Shown here piece by piece: positions 46,157 through 60,700 of a stretch of DNA of 64,000 nucleotides (positions are counted from its first letter, which is position 1; the number at the start of each line of letters is the position of its first letter). The stretch lies in contig NC_092670.1 in the NCBI RefSeq assembly GCF_964355755.1, positions 26,832,795-26,896,794 of the forward strand, written 5' to 3'. The position numbers were made by a program, and so were the translations under genes. The notes under the pieces are model-generated. The model did not search any database. It saw nothing but the letters and a program-made list of their open reading frames with translations, and had not been told where the DNA came from. This DNA is from Antedon mediterranea. Lineage: Eukaryota; Animalia; Echinodermata.

Positions 46157-46984
46157 TATGTTAATTAATACATGGTTATTTTAACACAATTATTTTAGTT
46201 TGAACAGAAATTTCAAAATTACTCCAATTGTAACTGCCAGCAATGTTTTGACTCAAATAGGTACAGTTGAATGAGCAGCACTGTGAAATCAGGACGATTG
46301 CTTGATTATTTAAGATAACAATTACAATGTTTTCTTATTTTTAATATAATATATTATTTATAAAATACTTTCTGCAAGTGCCTTTCATAAATAGATACAC
46401 ACATTGATAATGTTTTATACGATGTAGTTAATTTTATGGATTTCTTTTCACTTATAAAATAGAAGTTTAGATGTGTTTGCTTTTATGTGTATTACAAAAA
46501 GACACCTTGATTTAATTAATTATTGCAAGACTGCCCTCAATGTTTTCGTATTGTTAAGAATAGTTTGTCGGTGTAAAAATGTATTTTTCAAAGAATGTGT
46601 AACTTTACATTAATACAGTAATGATTAAACTATGATTATTGAATAATAATCTACAGCATTGAATGGTTTCATCCTACAGTCATCTTATATATCATGCTGT
46701 ATTGTAGAAGTTGACCAAAATTTTCAATTTGTTTTGTCTCTTGACATTTTAGAATATTGTAAGCATGAGGAATATTACAGCTAGAATGCCTTGATGTAGA
46801 AAGTCAAGTTTGAATTTGACACAAACTTGACTTGGATTATACTTGATCATAATTGATAACTGTTCTGGTGATCATTTTACCATCTTATAAAAAAATCATG
46901 AATTAATTTATCATAGAATTACAACCATTTAATTAAATAATTATTTTCACAGTATGCCCACTTGACAATATGATTACATAGTAG

Positions 46985-47332
46985 GCCTATGGTCCCATGA
47001 CTGGTTCCATAGTATAGCCCATTATGTATTGTTTTTGTATTTTTTACTATTTTCATAGTATTCTCAATTGGTATATAGTTTGAACCAGCATTGACTCCAT
47101 AGTTTGACTCGCAATTTGTTCCATACTGTGATCTGAAATTGATTTCGGATAGCCCTCAATTGGTTCCATAGAATTACCCACAATTGGTTCTATAGTATGA
47201 GCCATCCCATAATTGGTTCCCTGATAATGAACCATAACTGGTTTCATAGGATGGTCCACAATCGGTTCCATAGTATGAACCACAATTGGTTACTGGTCTA
47301 AAGTTGGTTCCATAGTATAACCCACAACTGGT
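46985..47332. repeat. Degenerate ~24-bp minisatellite
   Basis: Recurrent TGGTTCCATAGTAT..CCACAAT units. Confidence 0.75.
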
Positions 47333-48774
47333 ATCTTCTATCCACTTTGCTACACAATTCTCCATTATTCAACAAACTAAATCATTTTTATTATACATAA
47401 CACATTTACTATATTAATATTATAGTTTAAATTCTTAAATGTGTAAAAAGGTATAGTATAGGCGTGTATAACACAGAGAGTATTTATCCGTTGCCACTAA
47501 ATCAGAGCCAGTTACTGTAACTCCATCACTTATACATTCCATTCTGTACAACAATACCTAATAAATAGGATGACAAATGAGCTGTACACAGTCTGTTTAG
47601 AATTGTTCATATCCCAATCATCCCTTTCATAACTGAAAGATTCTTTCATGTAACACACTTTAGGCTACGTGACATGCAATTCATTGAATTCCATAATTCC
47701 CGATTTCAATCTCATTCATGACATTTGGCCTGATTCTTACTTTTAAAGAAATCACTGGTTTTATGGTAGGCCTAATCGTTTAAAGTAAACAGCTACTTGT
47801 ATAGAGTGACATGGTCGCTTACAGTTGTATAATTTTATCTGAAATATATTATTATTGTTTAATGAATATTGATATAGGGCGGCCTACATAACTTTGTATA
47901 GTTAATTGCAATAAAGATTGTTATATTATATGCACGTTTTTATTAAATACCGTACTTTAATATCTACATTATAAATGATTTTATTAATTGCTTTAATATA
48001 AAATTAGTAAGGCTACTTTTACTTTTTATATAATTGTTGATTGTAATTATTTTTTTTTAAATATCATTAAGCAAAGCGTATTTTGATAAGGTGATAAACT
48101 ATAATAAATGTCGGATTTGCACCGTTTTAGAATAAATGACACATCGATGGTGTTTTTAATGATATTATTGTCTTGTTTTTTCTTTACAGTATTTGCCAGA
48201 TTTAAAGAGATTTTAATATGTAATAATATAGAGCTTAGCCTAATTAACTTTGCCCGGTGATCACAATTATGATTGACTGTTTACAAAGCCGACATCCATT
48301 CACATTCAACAACAGAAAGAAAGACATCGTTCGTTTTTTTGTAACCGAACCCAAAATATTGAATAATCTGCCCAATGATAAGGAGAGAATTAGTTGATAA
48401 TGATCATAATATCTAATATGTATCTTTACTTTTGATATTAAACAATCTGTTTTATTCAATCCATAATTGTTTATTTACAGTGTTTACATTTTTAAATGAT
48501 TGAAGTAGGACACTTCAATCTCCAAATGCGGATTAAGAAAAGTTAAGTCTTTACAGATTGTGTATGAATGGAAATGCAATGTCGACCAACAGTTTCATAT
48601 TCCTAATAATACACTGTTGAAATGTTTACATAAAGTTGGGCATGAAGTGAATATCATTTACTTTATTGAAACCGAGACTGAAAGGACTGCTTTCCTGCGA
48701 CTTTAAAAACGGTTTATTATTAACATTTTGCTTTTTTGTTGTTGTGTGGTTTCTCGTCTGGTTTGGCTAGTTTC

Positions 48775-51700
48775 TCAATCAGATGTTTTACGATTCGTCA
48801 GCGATTCCCACATTCTTTCGTCTACTCCACTATCCGTAAAAATCCAACGTTGACTCTCTTTATTCTCGACACAGTCCTTAATTTTAACAAAACGTGTGGT
48901 ACTTTCTTGCGACAGCTCGATAGCGTCTAAACATCCCCGTGTAGCTGAGTTCCTTATTGTTTTTGTCTGGAAAAAACATTATTATTATATAAAAATATAT
49001 ATACTGTATATATACATCAAACAGATTCGTGAAATACTGCGTCGAAACAAATTAAGGCCACCTGCATTGTAATGAGATTTTAAAAAAAATAATAACAATT
49101 GCATACTTTTGGATCATATTGCCACGATGTTGTTGTAATGTCCATATTTCGCGGACAGCTACCGTACTTGACATCATCGTTGTCAAAATTTGCTTTTAAA
49201 CACATCTCGTCGTGTTGAATTTGATTGAAAGCGTTGTACACAAATATCTAGATAAAAAAACTAAAGCTCTGTCTACACTATCAAATTAGTTTGACTAGTG
49301 TGCTGTGCCCAAATATGGTAGTGGTATGCCCAAATAATGGTAGTGATATGACATCATATTCATATATGGGCACATTTTTTTGTCACATAAAGTTTGATAG
49401 TGTAGATCATAGAGGTATAAGATAGAGCTTAAGATAAATAAGGTTGAATTCAGGGAACTCAGTGACAATAATATATGATTGAAGCGATGTAGAATCAAGT
49501 GGTCACCTAAACGAATGTTACCGTTACAGTCATATAATTTACATATCAATATTGAAGTAACTGTAATTACTTGACATCTTACATTTCCAAAATTTATTTC
49601 GTATCTGAATTTTGTTTAATAATATTATGATTTAAAATGTTTGACCAAAATATCACTTAAAGATGTATTGTCCCTTTGACTAATTCCAAAAAAAAAATGT
49701 GGGTCATTTTAAAGTATCATAATAGTTACTAACTATCACCAACAATTTTTCGGAAAAAAAATCATTTAACTGAAATACAGACGTTTTTTGGTTAAAAAAA
49801 TAACTTTGACTTCCAGTCAAAATTTTCGATCAAAACATGTCCCATAATGAAACACGCTTGTTTGGCTAGTCTGTATGCAAAATTATAAAACTTCCTCACG
49901 ATCTGTGTGAAAGTACCTTCTCAATCGTAACGAGTTGTAAACAATCCTAATTAGCATCATGCATAATACGTACTCGTGGTGTTAAATCTTTGTTTACTTT
50001 CGCTCGCGACGATTTTCCAGACGAAGTGTAATAAAACTAATTTACCTGTTAATTACGTAAACTTGCTTTTGGCTCGAATTTTCGACTTGTGAATAACTTT
50101 AATATTACTTTGATATGGCCAAATTAAATTTAGAATATTTTGACCTTCATTTTGTTTGTGTTTCAAGGGACAATACATCTTTAATTGCAAAAATGATGTT
50201 ACCTCAAATCAAATCAAAATCAAATCTTTATTCGTTCCATATATACTAAATTGTACATGGAAAATTGTTTTCCTCGACAGAAAAATATGGTAAAACATTC
50301 ATAATTACATCATACATAGAACAAATTTACAATTAAAAACATTAATTAAAACATCCATCAACAGTAAACCTTTTAAATATATATTGCATGTGCGCTATTA
50401 TGATCTAACAATCGTTGAGTTAAAAATATGAGTTGAATTTGTTACAAAAGACAGTCGGTTTCTTGACGTATCAGCTCTAGGAGCCCGTAACCGGCCTGAC
50501 TTGTTCTTAACAAATCTCATATGTAATGGATGTTTCTTATCTTCTAAAATTTTACTTAATTCACTTAGGACCTGTTTTTCATAAAGATATTTTAAATCAT
50601 TAACCGTACAACCAATTATATTTGATGCTATCTTAGTAATTCTAATGAGACCTTTCTTGTGTGTTTCATTTAAATTACCGAACCAAGCAATAAAAGAGAT
50701 AACTAGTACTGATTGAATAACTGTTTCATAGAATAATTTTAAAGTACCACAGCTAACATTACATTTATTTAGCTTTCTTAGGAAATATAACCTTTGGTGA
50801 CCTTTCTTAATTATCTCGGCCGTATTTTTTTCAAAACTAAGTTGATCATCAAAAATGTGTACCAAGATATTTGGTTTCATGAACACGTTCAATTGTCTGA
50901 TCATACCTACCTGAGATAGAGTAATTCCATGACATGTGTATAACGATGCTCTCGCATTGTTCCTTGCTTTCTCACCATCTCCATAAATATCCACACACAT
51001 GTCAGATATTTCATTACGTACCTATAAAACAAATAAAGTAGGCCTACAATTAAAGTTGACGAAATTATAACATTTTAAAGTACACATCTGTTTTTAGTTG
51101 TAACCTATGAAGAAATTTTCAGTATTGTCCTATAACATACTATATGTCATTGTACCCACCCTATAATAACACTCAAACTATAATTATATATAGTCTTACT
51201 GTGCCGAGTATTTTGAATTCTATTGGGAGTGTGTGTTCTGGATAGATCGTCTCCAAATACCAGCCAAAACTTTTGCATCCTAGCGTTTCTCGAAGTTTAA
51301 TTCGGTTTGAGATATCTCCGTAACCAATTATTTTCAATTGTGGATTAATTGAATAAAACAAATTCTGTAAAAATAAAATGTAAAGATAAATATATTATAA
51401 TGAACATTATCCATCTGAAACTAACATTACGTGGAAAGGAAATACAATGCAATGAATATAATTATCAACCATGCGTCTAGTAATTTTAGTCACTTTTTCA
51501 ATTAAATTCGAATTATTTCATTCTTTTTTTTTCTTATACTAATATGCGAAGTATAAATTAAGCGTAAATCGACTCAGCTTCGCCATCATAATCAAATCAC
51601 ATTATCATAATCTAAGGGTTCTGGTCTAACACTATTTTCCTAAACAACCAGTGACATTATATTAAAATCGGACACTATGGTGGTGCATATACGGCGACCA

Positions 51701-54700
51701 ATACCAAATTTCCCCTTAACAAGAGTTTCTTCACTTTCATACTTGAGAAATAGTAATTCTTTAGACTGTTATAAAACAATTTGTTGTTAGTGACCAATAA
51801 TACTTTAGAATGCACATGGCATACTTATGTTTTGTTTGGGGTTTGTACCCAGAGTCAGTCATTATTACATTTACCTTATAGGTGTCTGTCCAAACCTCCA
51901 AAGCACGGCGAGTATTTCGTACTAACGTTACGCCTGGGTCTTCATCGTATGAATAGGGGCTCTTTGAGCGAAAAACATGACCAACATGTGAGCATGGTAC
52001 AATTTCAATCGATCCGCCACACTGCCAAACCTAATGTAATAGAGAATATATTGACTAATATCAAGGTAGGCCTACAACCGGTATTTGAACCCATTGTCCC
52101 ATTGCAGCAGTACTGTATTTATAGCTTTCAAAAGTAGGCCTACAATGATAATTGTGTTTAACTAATGTGAAGTAGCTTTGCGCTGCAGGGAGTTGAGTAA
52201 TTGGTCAAATGTTGCCCTGACGTAATTGTTACTTAGTATAAAGTAAACAAGAAATATTTCTTACAAAAAACACCACTTGACATTTAAAAATTGATCATTG
52301 TTCTTTCTTCAGATATATTAAATGATTAATTATTAAAAAGATGTCCTTTAATTGCAAAAATACATACAAATCAAAGATATTCTGTAATTATGAATCTCAT
52401 TGTGCCCATTTTTCACTCGTTATTTGTATACTATAAATACACAATTTTATAATAAAATATGTTTTTGTTACCATGGAAACGTGTAACAAAATAAAAATAT
52501 GTTGGTTAATCGCAAAAATACACAAAATCTAACATAGCTATTTAATTATAAATCACATTATGCCCATTTTTTCACCAGTTAATTGTATGATATAAATACA
52601 AAATGTTCAATCAAAATGTTTATTAAAAATATGTTTTTGTTACCATAGAAATATGTATTAAATAAAAATATGTTGAATCGTAAACATTATTTGCACGATC
52701 AATTTTCATTTTTAAACTGTCGAAATTACATCATGTGTTCATTGAAGAATTTGATTCTGAGAATTTTCTTTCATATTTTCTTCCATGATTGTAGAGATTA
52801 AATACCTGTTTAATTTAATTAATTAAAATAAATTCACTTTAAAAAATAATCTGTATTAATTTTTAAAAATAAATATTAACTGAAGAAAATGCAAACATAG
52901 ATTTTTATAGCAGTATAACAGTGTTTAAATCAATCAAATGAAACTAAAAATCTACACAAATATGATTCCTTTCATACTTTATTAAAAAACATAATCCTCA
53001 ATTAATAACCCTAGAAAATAAGTGGACCTGTTCAATGTATTTAACTTTCATGGTACGGACAATTCCATTTACCATAATAGGGATGTTGAGCATTTCAAAA
53101 TAATATGTTTTAAAACACTTAAAAATAATAAGTACCTATTAATATTATTAATTCTTCGTAACGTTATGAATAGCAAATATATTAATCATAATTATAATCA
53201 ATGTTGGTTAGAATTGAATATATAAGATTTAACCTCCGTTAAGCCAAAATTCTACTGACAGTCCTCTGCAGGCAGTCCCAGGTTAGCCTCAGCCTGAGAC
53301 AATGGAACTAAATGGACTGTGGCTTGATTGAGAATCGAAAAACATGTGCCTACTCTTTTCTTTTTTCGTTCATCAATTCTCAACCAATCTTTTTATTATT
53401 TTAGGTACTTTAAACATTTTCATATTATATGTGTCTTTGATTGAAAATATTGCATCAACCTCCCGAAAAAAAAAAGAAAAGACAATTTTTGAAAGTTAAC
53501 CAATTCTGTTCTAGACATCGTATAATGGGACATGCTTGTTGTTGCTTGTCTTTTACTTGGGCAACCAATCTTTTTGTCAATCAAACTCCAATCAAACTTT
53601 TAGATCTCCAAAAATGGGCGGTCGAACGTTATAACACTTGACCTACTTAATATTTTCAAAATATTTTGGTATAGATCGATGACCCTTGACCTACTCTACC
53701 ATTTTTCACTCTAGTTTCGCGGAACTTTGACCGGAAGAAGTAGAGGAGGTCAAGGCTGACATGTTAATGCAATAACAACTTAAAATCTGTTTTTAAAAAT
53801 ATTTGTGACTGTCCCTTTAATTGAATTTGAATAAGGAACTAGGAACTAGTAACCAACTTCACATACATTCTAGAGACAACGTGACTTTACGGTTCACGTG
53901 AGAAATTCTTCCGCAGCAGTCTGTTGATTCGCGTCAACCAATCAAAGGGCGAGAATCCAAAATCGTTGAACCATGAGCCCTAATAGACTCTATTTTCCCA
54001 TACATTTTTTGGGTCCAGCAGCTGGGACCTATAAATTAGTCGAGGTAACAAATTATTAAAAATGTCAGCCTTAGACATAATACTTTCGCGATGATAATAT
54101 AATATATATATATATAATGATAATTAAAAAAATAAGTCCGAGTCTTAATTCTGACCAATTAGGCCTACAATAGTATGATTTAAAATAATTATATGAAAGG
54201 GAAGAGGCCTTTAAAAAAAATGTTTTTTTAATTGCTCTTATCTTTTTTACTCATTATTTCTATGTAAACAATTATTAATTCATTTACGAGCTTCTCTATG
54301 CTGTAAATTATTTATGTTTCTAAACACACAGTTTGACACTTTTTCTCTCGTTTAAGAGATAGTTAATATTATAAATAAATAACTATATATATTGGCCTCA
54401 TTAAAAAGGCATCCTAAATAATAAAAAAAAAACCAATAATTGATGCATGGTTGAAACAAATATTTAAACAATACGTGTCCGTCGGCCGGGAATCGAACAC
54501 GGGATTGCTTGGAAGGCAACTATGTTAACCACTACACCATCGACGCCCGATACGATAGTCTGTAGTGAATACAGAATTTATTTTGCACTCGACCTCGATG
54601 TATCCCTCGAGAACTTCAGATCAGACTGACCTGGTTTGATGTTCTAATTCATATTAGCCAAAATGTTGCTTTTATTAAAAATGAGTAACAACTATATGAA

Positions 54701-57700
54701 TCACTGAATGTTGTTATGGTATAGATAGACCTAAATATTTTACAGTTTAAAAAAGCCTAAGTAGATATATGCCTCTTTAAATACATCATTTAAACTCAGG
54801 CCTTATATAAAGTAATACTTTTTAACGGTGAGGTATAACACGATTAGGTCGAAATAAATATTAGGATAACAAATATTTTAAAAAAACTTTTTATGGGGCA
54901 GAGAATTCGTCGTAGTTAGAACACGTATAGTTTATATCTAATTATTTATACGATTGCTAAAGTACGATAATTATTAAATTTGATGAAAAAGAAGACAAAC
55001 TTAAAAATACGTTTTACAAAATAAATGCCTAAAAATAGGCTATGCTAATTCGTTTAAAAAACAATTATCAATATCTGAAATGACATCACATTATATCCCA
55101 TTACATTATATCACGTATCACATAATATTATCGAATGCAGTATTCACATTATGCCTAATACAAAACAATGTCATCAGGGAGTTTAATTAGTTAATTAGTT
55201 AACACCTCCATGATGTCACTAATTACTAAATAGCTAAAATAAGTCACAAGTCACACACACAAGTCACAAATCAGTTTATTTGATCCATAAAGGGAAAAAA
55301 ATACAAAGCAAAAGATATATAAAAGAACCAGGGAGACTTCCATTAAGGCCAAAAATAAGATTATAAAAACTGTTATATCACGTTTGAAACGTTTTGTGTA
55401 GGTCCCTAGGCCTACTATTGAACTTGTGCAGCAGTATCTCCGAGTATATTTAAACGCTTTACAAAATCAATCGTTCTTCCTGTGTATAATCCTATTTTCC
55501 TGCGTTGTATTAAAATGTAAAAATAATAGCGAAATACCTGACGATCCAACAAAAAAAAAATATCGAAAGAAGAACAGTAATAATTCCATATAGGCCTAAT
55601 TATAATTTCGGGAAGTCAAAAGTGCAAAACCGTTAAACTGTATCAACAAAGGGCTAACATTTCAATTGATACATCTAAATTGAATTATGATTCATGTTGG
55701 TGTATTTGTATTAACTAGATGGTACGCTCGCTTCACTCGCGTACCATCTAGGTCGTGCCCACAGATGGTTCTCGAATACATAGTAATTTCAGCGTAAAAA
55801 AACTGGCGATTTCAAAATGTACGTACCGCATGACTAAAAAACATTGTCGTTTACAGAAACAAATAAATATACACAATGATTTATGTAGTGTACCAAAATT
55901 AGCACCCTGCGAATTACTTCCAACAGAGAAACTGGTCACAAAATGAGTCAAAATTTGTTTTGGACTTATTTATACAAACCCAATTTGTGTTTTGTATCTA
56001 ACATTAGGGTTGAGGGTTGGGGATGAGGATAGATACTAAGAGGAATATTTTTTTAATATATTCTTTATATTAAATTATTCTTTATATTTCTTTATTATCC
56101 ACTAAGTAACGAAATATTTTTGTTATAGGCCTATAAATAATATACCACTAAATAGAGTAAAACATTTCCGATTTAATAACTGTTACAATTGTCACTGTCA
56201 TAGTCGATTGAAATAGTAAAGTACATGTAACGATACACCACTACGACGTTTATATTTTTTGTAATTATTAATTAATACAAACGTTGAGAAGCAACTGTAA
56301 GTAATATAATATTATTATGTGTTTATAATCTAAAATTAGGGGCTACCCACACTCACAGTAATACGTTTATTTGTATTTTTGTTTATATTATATCTAACAG
56401 TCCCAACACACACAATAAGAAATTTGCGATTCAAATGGCGATCTAAAGTGGTTAATACCTATTTACAGTATTGTATAGCATTACAATACTATTTATGTTT
56501 ATTCTCCAAGGGCCCATAAATTTACCTATTTGTGTTAAACCATGGAGGTATGCAAGCATGGTTAAACCAAATAATTTGGAATGTTCCATTCATCGCAAAT
56601 CAATACATTTGTATAAACGTATATTAAATCTATCAAAATATTATTTTTTAAAGAAAATCGGCCTGTCTTCAACATTATGATGCTGTACTCGAGCTGTTCA
56701 ACCGGTTTTCAGCTATTAAAAATAATTATCGTAGGAGGAGATAGGAAAATGCAAAGCATCCTCATATTATTGTGTGCGGGTATTTTTCCATGGACATTCA
56801 TTAGACAGTGTATACCACGATTGGAAAACACCCCTATTTGGGGCAAATCGTTGAACCTAAATTCGTTTTAATCGTCAATAACTACCGTAATTACCTAACT
56901 AAATTTAATTAGTAAACAGGGTTACATCAGATGGTTAAAATTAGTACCGAAAGGATGAACCAACTTTATATACCATCGAGTAAAAATTCTAGAAATAAAC
57001 CGAGATTTATCGAATTTTGCCCTTACGTAAATTTATATATAGAAGCTTATTATATTAATAATTCATTGCAATGAACGATCATTTACCTCCGCCAATGTGG
57101 TATATGTAGTCGATCGCGTTTGTCTTGTTTGTTTGCAGGATTACTCAACAAGTAATTACCAGATCTTTACCAAAATGAAAATACAGATATATATGTGGTC
57201 AAGGACCATTCCATTACATTTTGGGACCACGGTTTAATATAATGTTCAGACCTGCTACTGTTAAAAGATAGGAAAGTCGGCGAGCAGTCTTAAAGTAACA
57301 AGTAAACTGAAATTGCATTTTCTCGAGAACTACTTGTCCAAAAAAGTAATTTCTGTACAAGAGGCAAGAGTTATAATTTGTGATTTGTAATTTTGAAACA
57401 TTTGATTTAATGTACAGATTTGTTAATAGGAGTAGTTTAAAAAAAACCTATTTCTTTTCAAATTCACCCCTCTGTTTTTGGCGTTGCTGTTCAGTTGTTA
57501 GTCAACTGATGCTATTATTAGTTGAAAGGCTGGTTGCATAACCATTATACCAAATTCGCATACACATGCTTGAAGTGAAATTAGCCTAAATCACACACAC
57601 ACAAATATATATATATTCCCGCCCCAGAGAAATCTTATGTAGGAGAATTTTACAGTAGGCGAAGGTATGCACTCTTGGAGTGGCTTTCTTGTATAATAAA

Positions 57701-60700
57701 TAGTTTCAACATGTGTATTGATGAAAATAATTATGGTACATACGGCACGAGAGAAACTTTAAATTAGGCTTCTAGCTTCCAATTAAAACTTAATGGATAA
57801 AAGTAGTATACTGATTCTTATAAAATTCTGAAAACTTGATAATAGGCAGGACATAATGATTAAATAAAGTATTATGCCACTCCATGACAAATTCGGAACA
57901 CAATCATTTCTTACCCATGTTACAAGTTCATCAAGAGAACGGCGGAAGCTTGTTACCACAAATATGAATCTCAACCGTATTCGAACATTGGCGTCGGTGG
58001 TGTTAGTGGGAACGTCTAATTTACATACTTATGAATAGACTGTAGTTACTGTCTGATTTTGGAATTATTGTTCATTCCTGGTGATGATCAAATAAAGATC
58101 GAAACGTTGAATCATGGCTTGCCTATCGTTATTTGGATATACTACCGTTATGTTATTTAAATTTAAAATATAATCAGTGCATCGATTTTAAAAGATTTTT
58201 CGTTTCTATTTTGATAAATTGTTTATTCGAGGGAGGTGTTTATTCGGAGGATGCGTTTATTTTTCGGGTGTAATAGGGTAAACATCTACAATCAAATAAT
58301 TACCCCCTGGATATGAAAAAACATAACACGATTAATATCGAGAAATGATAAAATACACTAGAAATTATATAAACATTCTTGGGAAAGTGTAGATCATGTC
58401 AATCAGTAAATTCTACTATACAAATAGACACATGTGTTGTAATACAATATTGTATATATATCAAAAACAGAAGATTTTAAAATAAAAAGGAAAAAAAGGA
58501 AATGAAGACTGGTGAAACTGCAAATTCCTTGGAAGTAAATTGGGAACCAGAGAGGATGTTAACAACAGAAAACGTCTCGCATTAGCAGCTTTCAGCAAGA
58601 TAAATCACATACTCCAAAATAGAAAAATAACAATAAACCTGAAAATGAGAGTCTTCAACGTATATATTACAACCATCTTTCTGTATAATTGTGAACTGTG
58701 GACAATGACAGCATCACTAAAAAGCGAAATCGATGTCTTTCAAAGAGAATAATAGGTAGGCCTATAAGGTGACCGGAGAAAATAAAAAATGAAGATTTGT
58801 ACAAAGAACAGGAGAAATTGAGTGGAGTAAGAACGTAAAGAAAAGAAGGCTGACATGGTATGGTCACCTGCTCCGTTTAAATGAAAATACACCAGCTAAG
58901 ATCGCACTCGGAGAGGCTCGGAGAAAGACCAAAAGACCAAAAGGAAGACCAAAAACAACATGGATGGCAAACATAAAAGAGAAAACAGAACTTTTCACAC
59001 GCGGACCTATACACATGCTTGCTCAAAAACGTACTGAGTGGCAAACACAAGTGAGACGCGCAATGTCTAACGACGATTAGCGTTTTAAGAGAGGATATAT
59101 AATCTCTACCAAGCGAAAACATTTTTTCCTCGTTTTTTTTCTGCGAAAGTGATTAAATTTATTAAAACTACAAAATTCCCTATTCAAAATCTGATTTTAT
59201 TAATCTTTATTTTTCATGTTTTTGGATGAAAATATATCTTTAAGATTATTTTTGGTATTGTATATATTGTATATATATATATAGTGAATTAAAAGTAAAA
59301 TTGTCAGTATCAAAAACGTGTTCAAACATGTTTAAATCTTGGCATTTATCTAAGGTTTCCTTGGGATTAATTATTGATAATAAACTAAATTGGGAGAGCA
59401 ACACTAAAGAACTCCGTACCAAGGCTAATAAGAGAATGTACTTTATATACAAAATGAAACGGTTTAATGTTAGTTCTCATCTCATTCATATGTTGTATTC
59501 CTCTGTTGTTCAATCAATCATATCTTATTGTATTATTGTTTGGTTTTCTCATATCAATGTAAACAGCAAAAGTCAAATTCAGAGATTAGTAAATAAGGCC
59601 AGCAGAGTTATCGGTGTAGAAGTGAAACCTTTAGATGAAATGTTTAATACATTCATACTTCAGAAATTTGACACAAGTATGCAAGACCCATCACACCCAT
59701 TACATTCAGACATCATTATAAGTAGATCAGGAAGGGTTAGACTGACACAGAAAAAAATATCCACAAACCGTTTCAAATTTTCACCAATGTACATAGCATG
59801 CAATTTATTTAACAAAATCTTTTCAAGATAGTCACTGGTATCATTTGTATTTATTTATATAGTTATCACATCGTATTATTTATTCTACTCAGATACAAAA
59901 CATATCTCGAAATTTTTAACAATTTTCACAATAAAGTTATCTTGTATCTTGTATCCTTACATAAAGCTGAAAAGCTGTATTTACATTATTATTATTTTTC
60001 CCGCTTTTTTTCTGCAAAAGTTATTAAATTTATTAAAACTACAAAATTCCCTATTCAAAATATGATTTATTAATCTTCATTTTTTATGTGTTTGGAGGAA
60101 AATATATCTTTAAGATTATTTTTGGTATTGTATATATATATATATATAGTGAATTAAAAGTAAAATTGTAAGTATCAAAAATGTGTTCAAATATGTTTAA
60201 ATCTTGGCATTTATCTAAGGTTTCCTTACATAAAGCTGAAAAGCTGTATTAAAAAAAATAAAAATCACTGTTAAGTTGAAACATGCAATGGAGTGATTAT
60301 ATATATTATATATATTAGGCCATCTATTTACATTCATATTTATAACACGTTTGAGGTATTTGATTTTAGTAAATTCATGTGTTTTTTGATAATGGACTCC
60401 ATCCTAAATCATCATACAGTGCTTGTTACGGTGTGCATCTTGGAGCTTTAAGTAGGAATCTGGCCATTTGTAGCTGTAATTTTTCTAAATCGTAATTATC
60501 TCTTTTTGAATTACAGTGCCATATACCACATGCATAATTATTCGAGGGAAGTGATATTAGTCTTCTATAAGATATTTCCGAAAGAGACCCTATTAAAATC
60601 ATCAAGGTTTCCTATTATACCTTTAATATACGAGATTAAACGATTTCCTTTTTGAATAACATGTTGGTAGTGACCATGACAACACCCCTGAGGTTGTGGG

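Noticed and set aside
47053-47365. Repetitive ORFs (MEPIV..)
   Set aside because: By-product of a degenerate 24-bp minisatellite, with no splice or domain support.
50398-51000. 200-aa ORF as an independent gene
   Set aside because: It is a chimera of a GALNT exon, intron sequence and a LINE 3' end.
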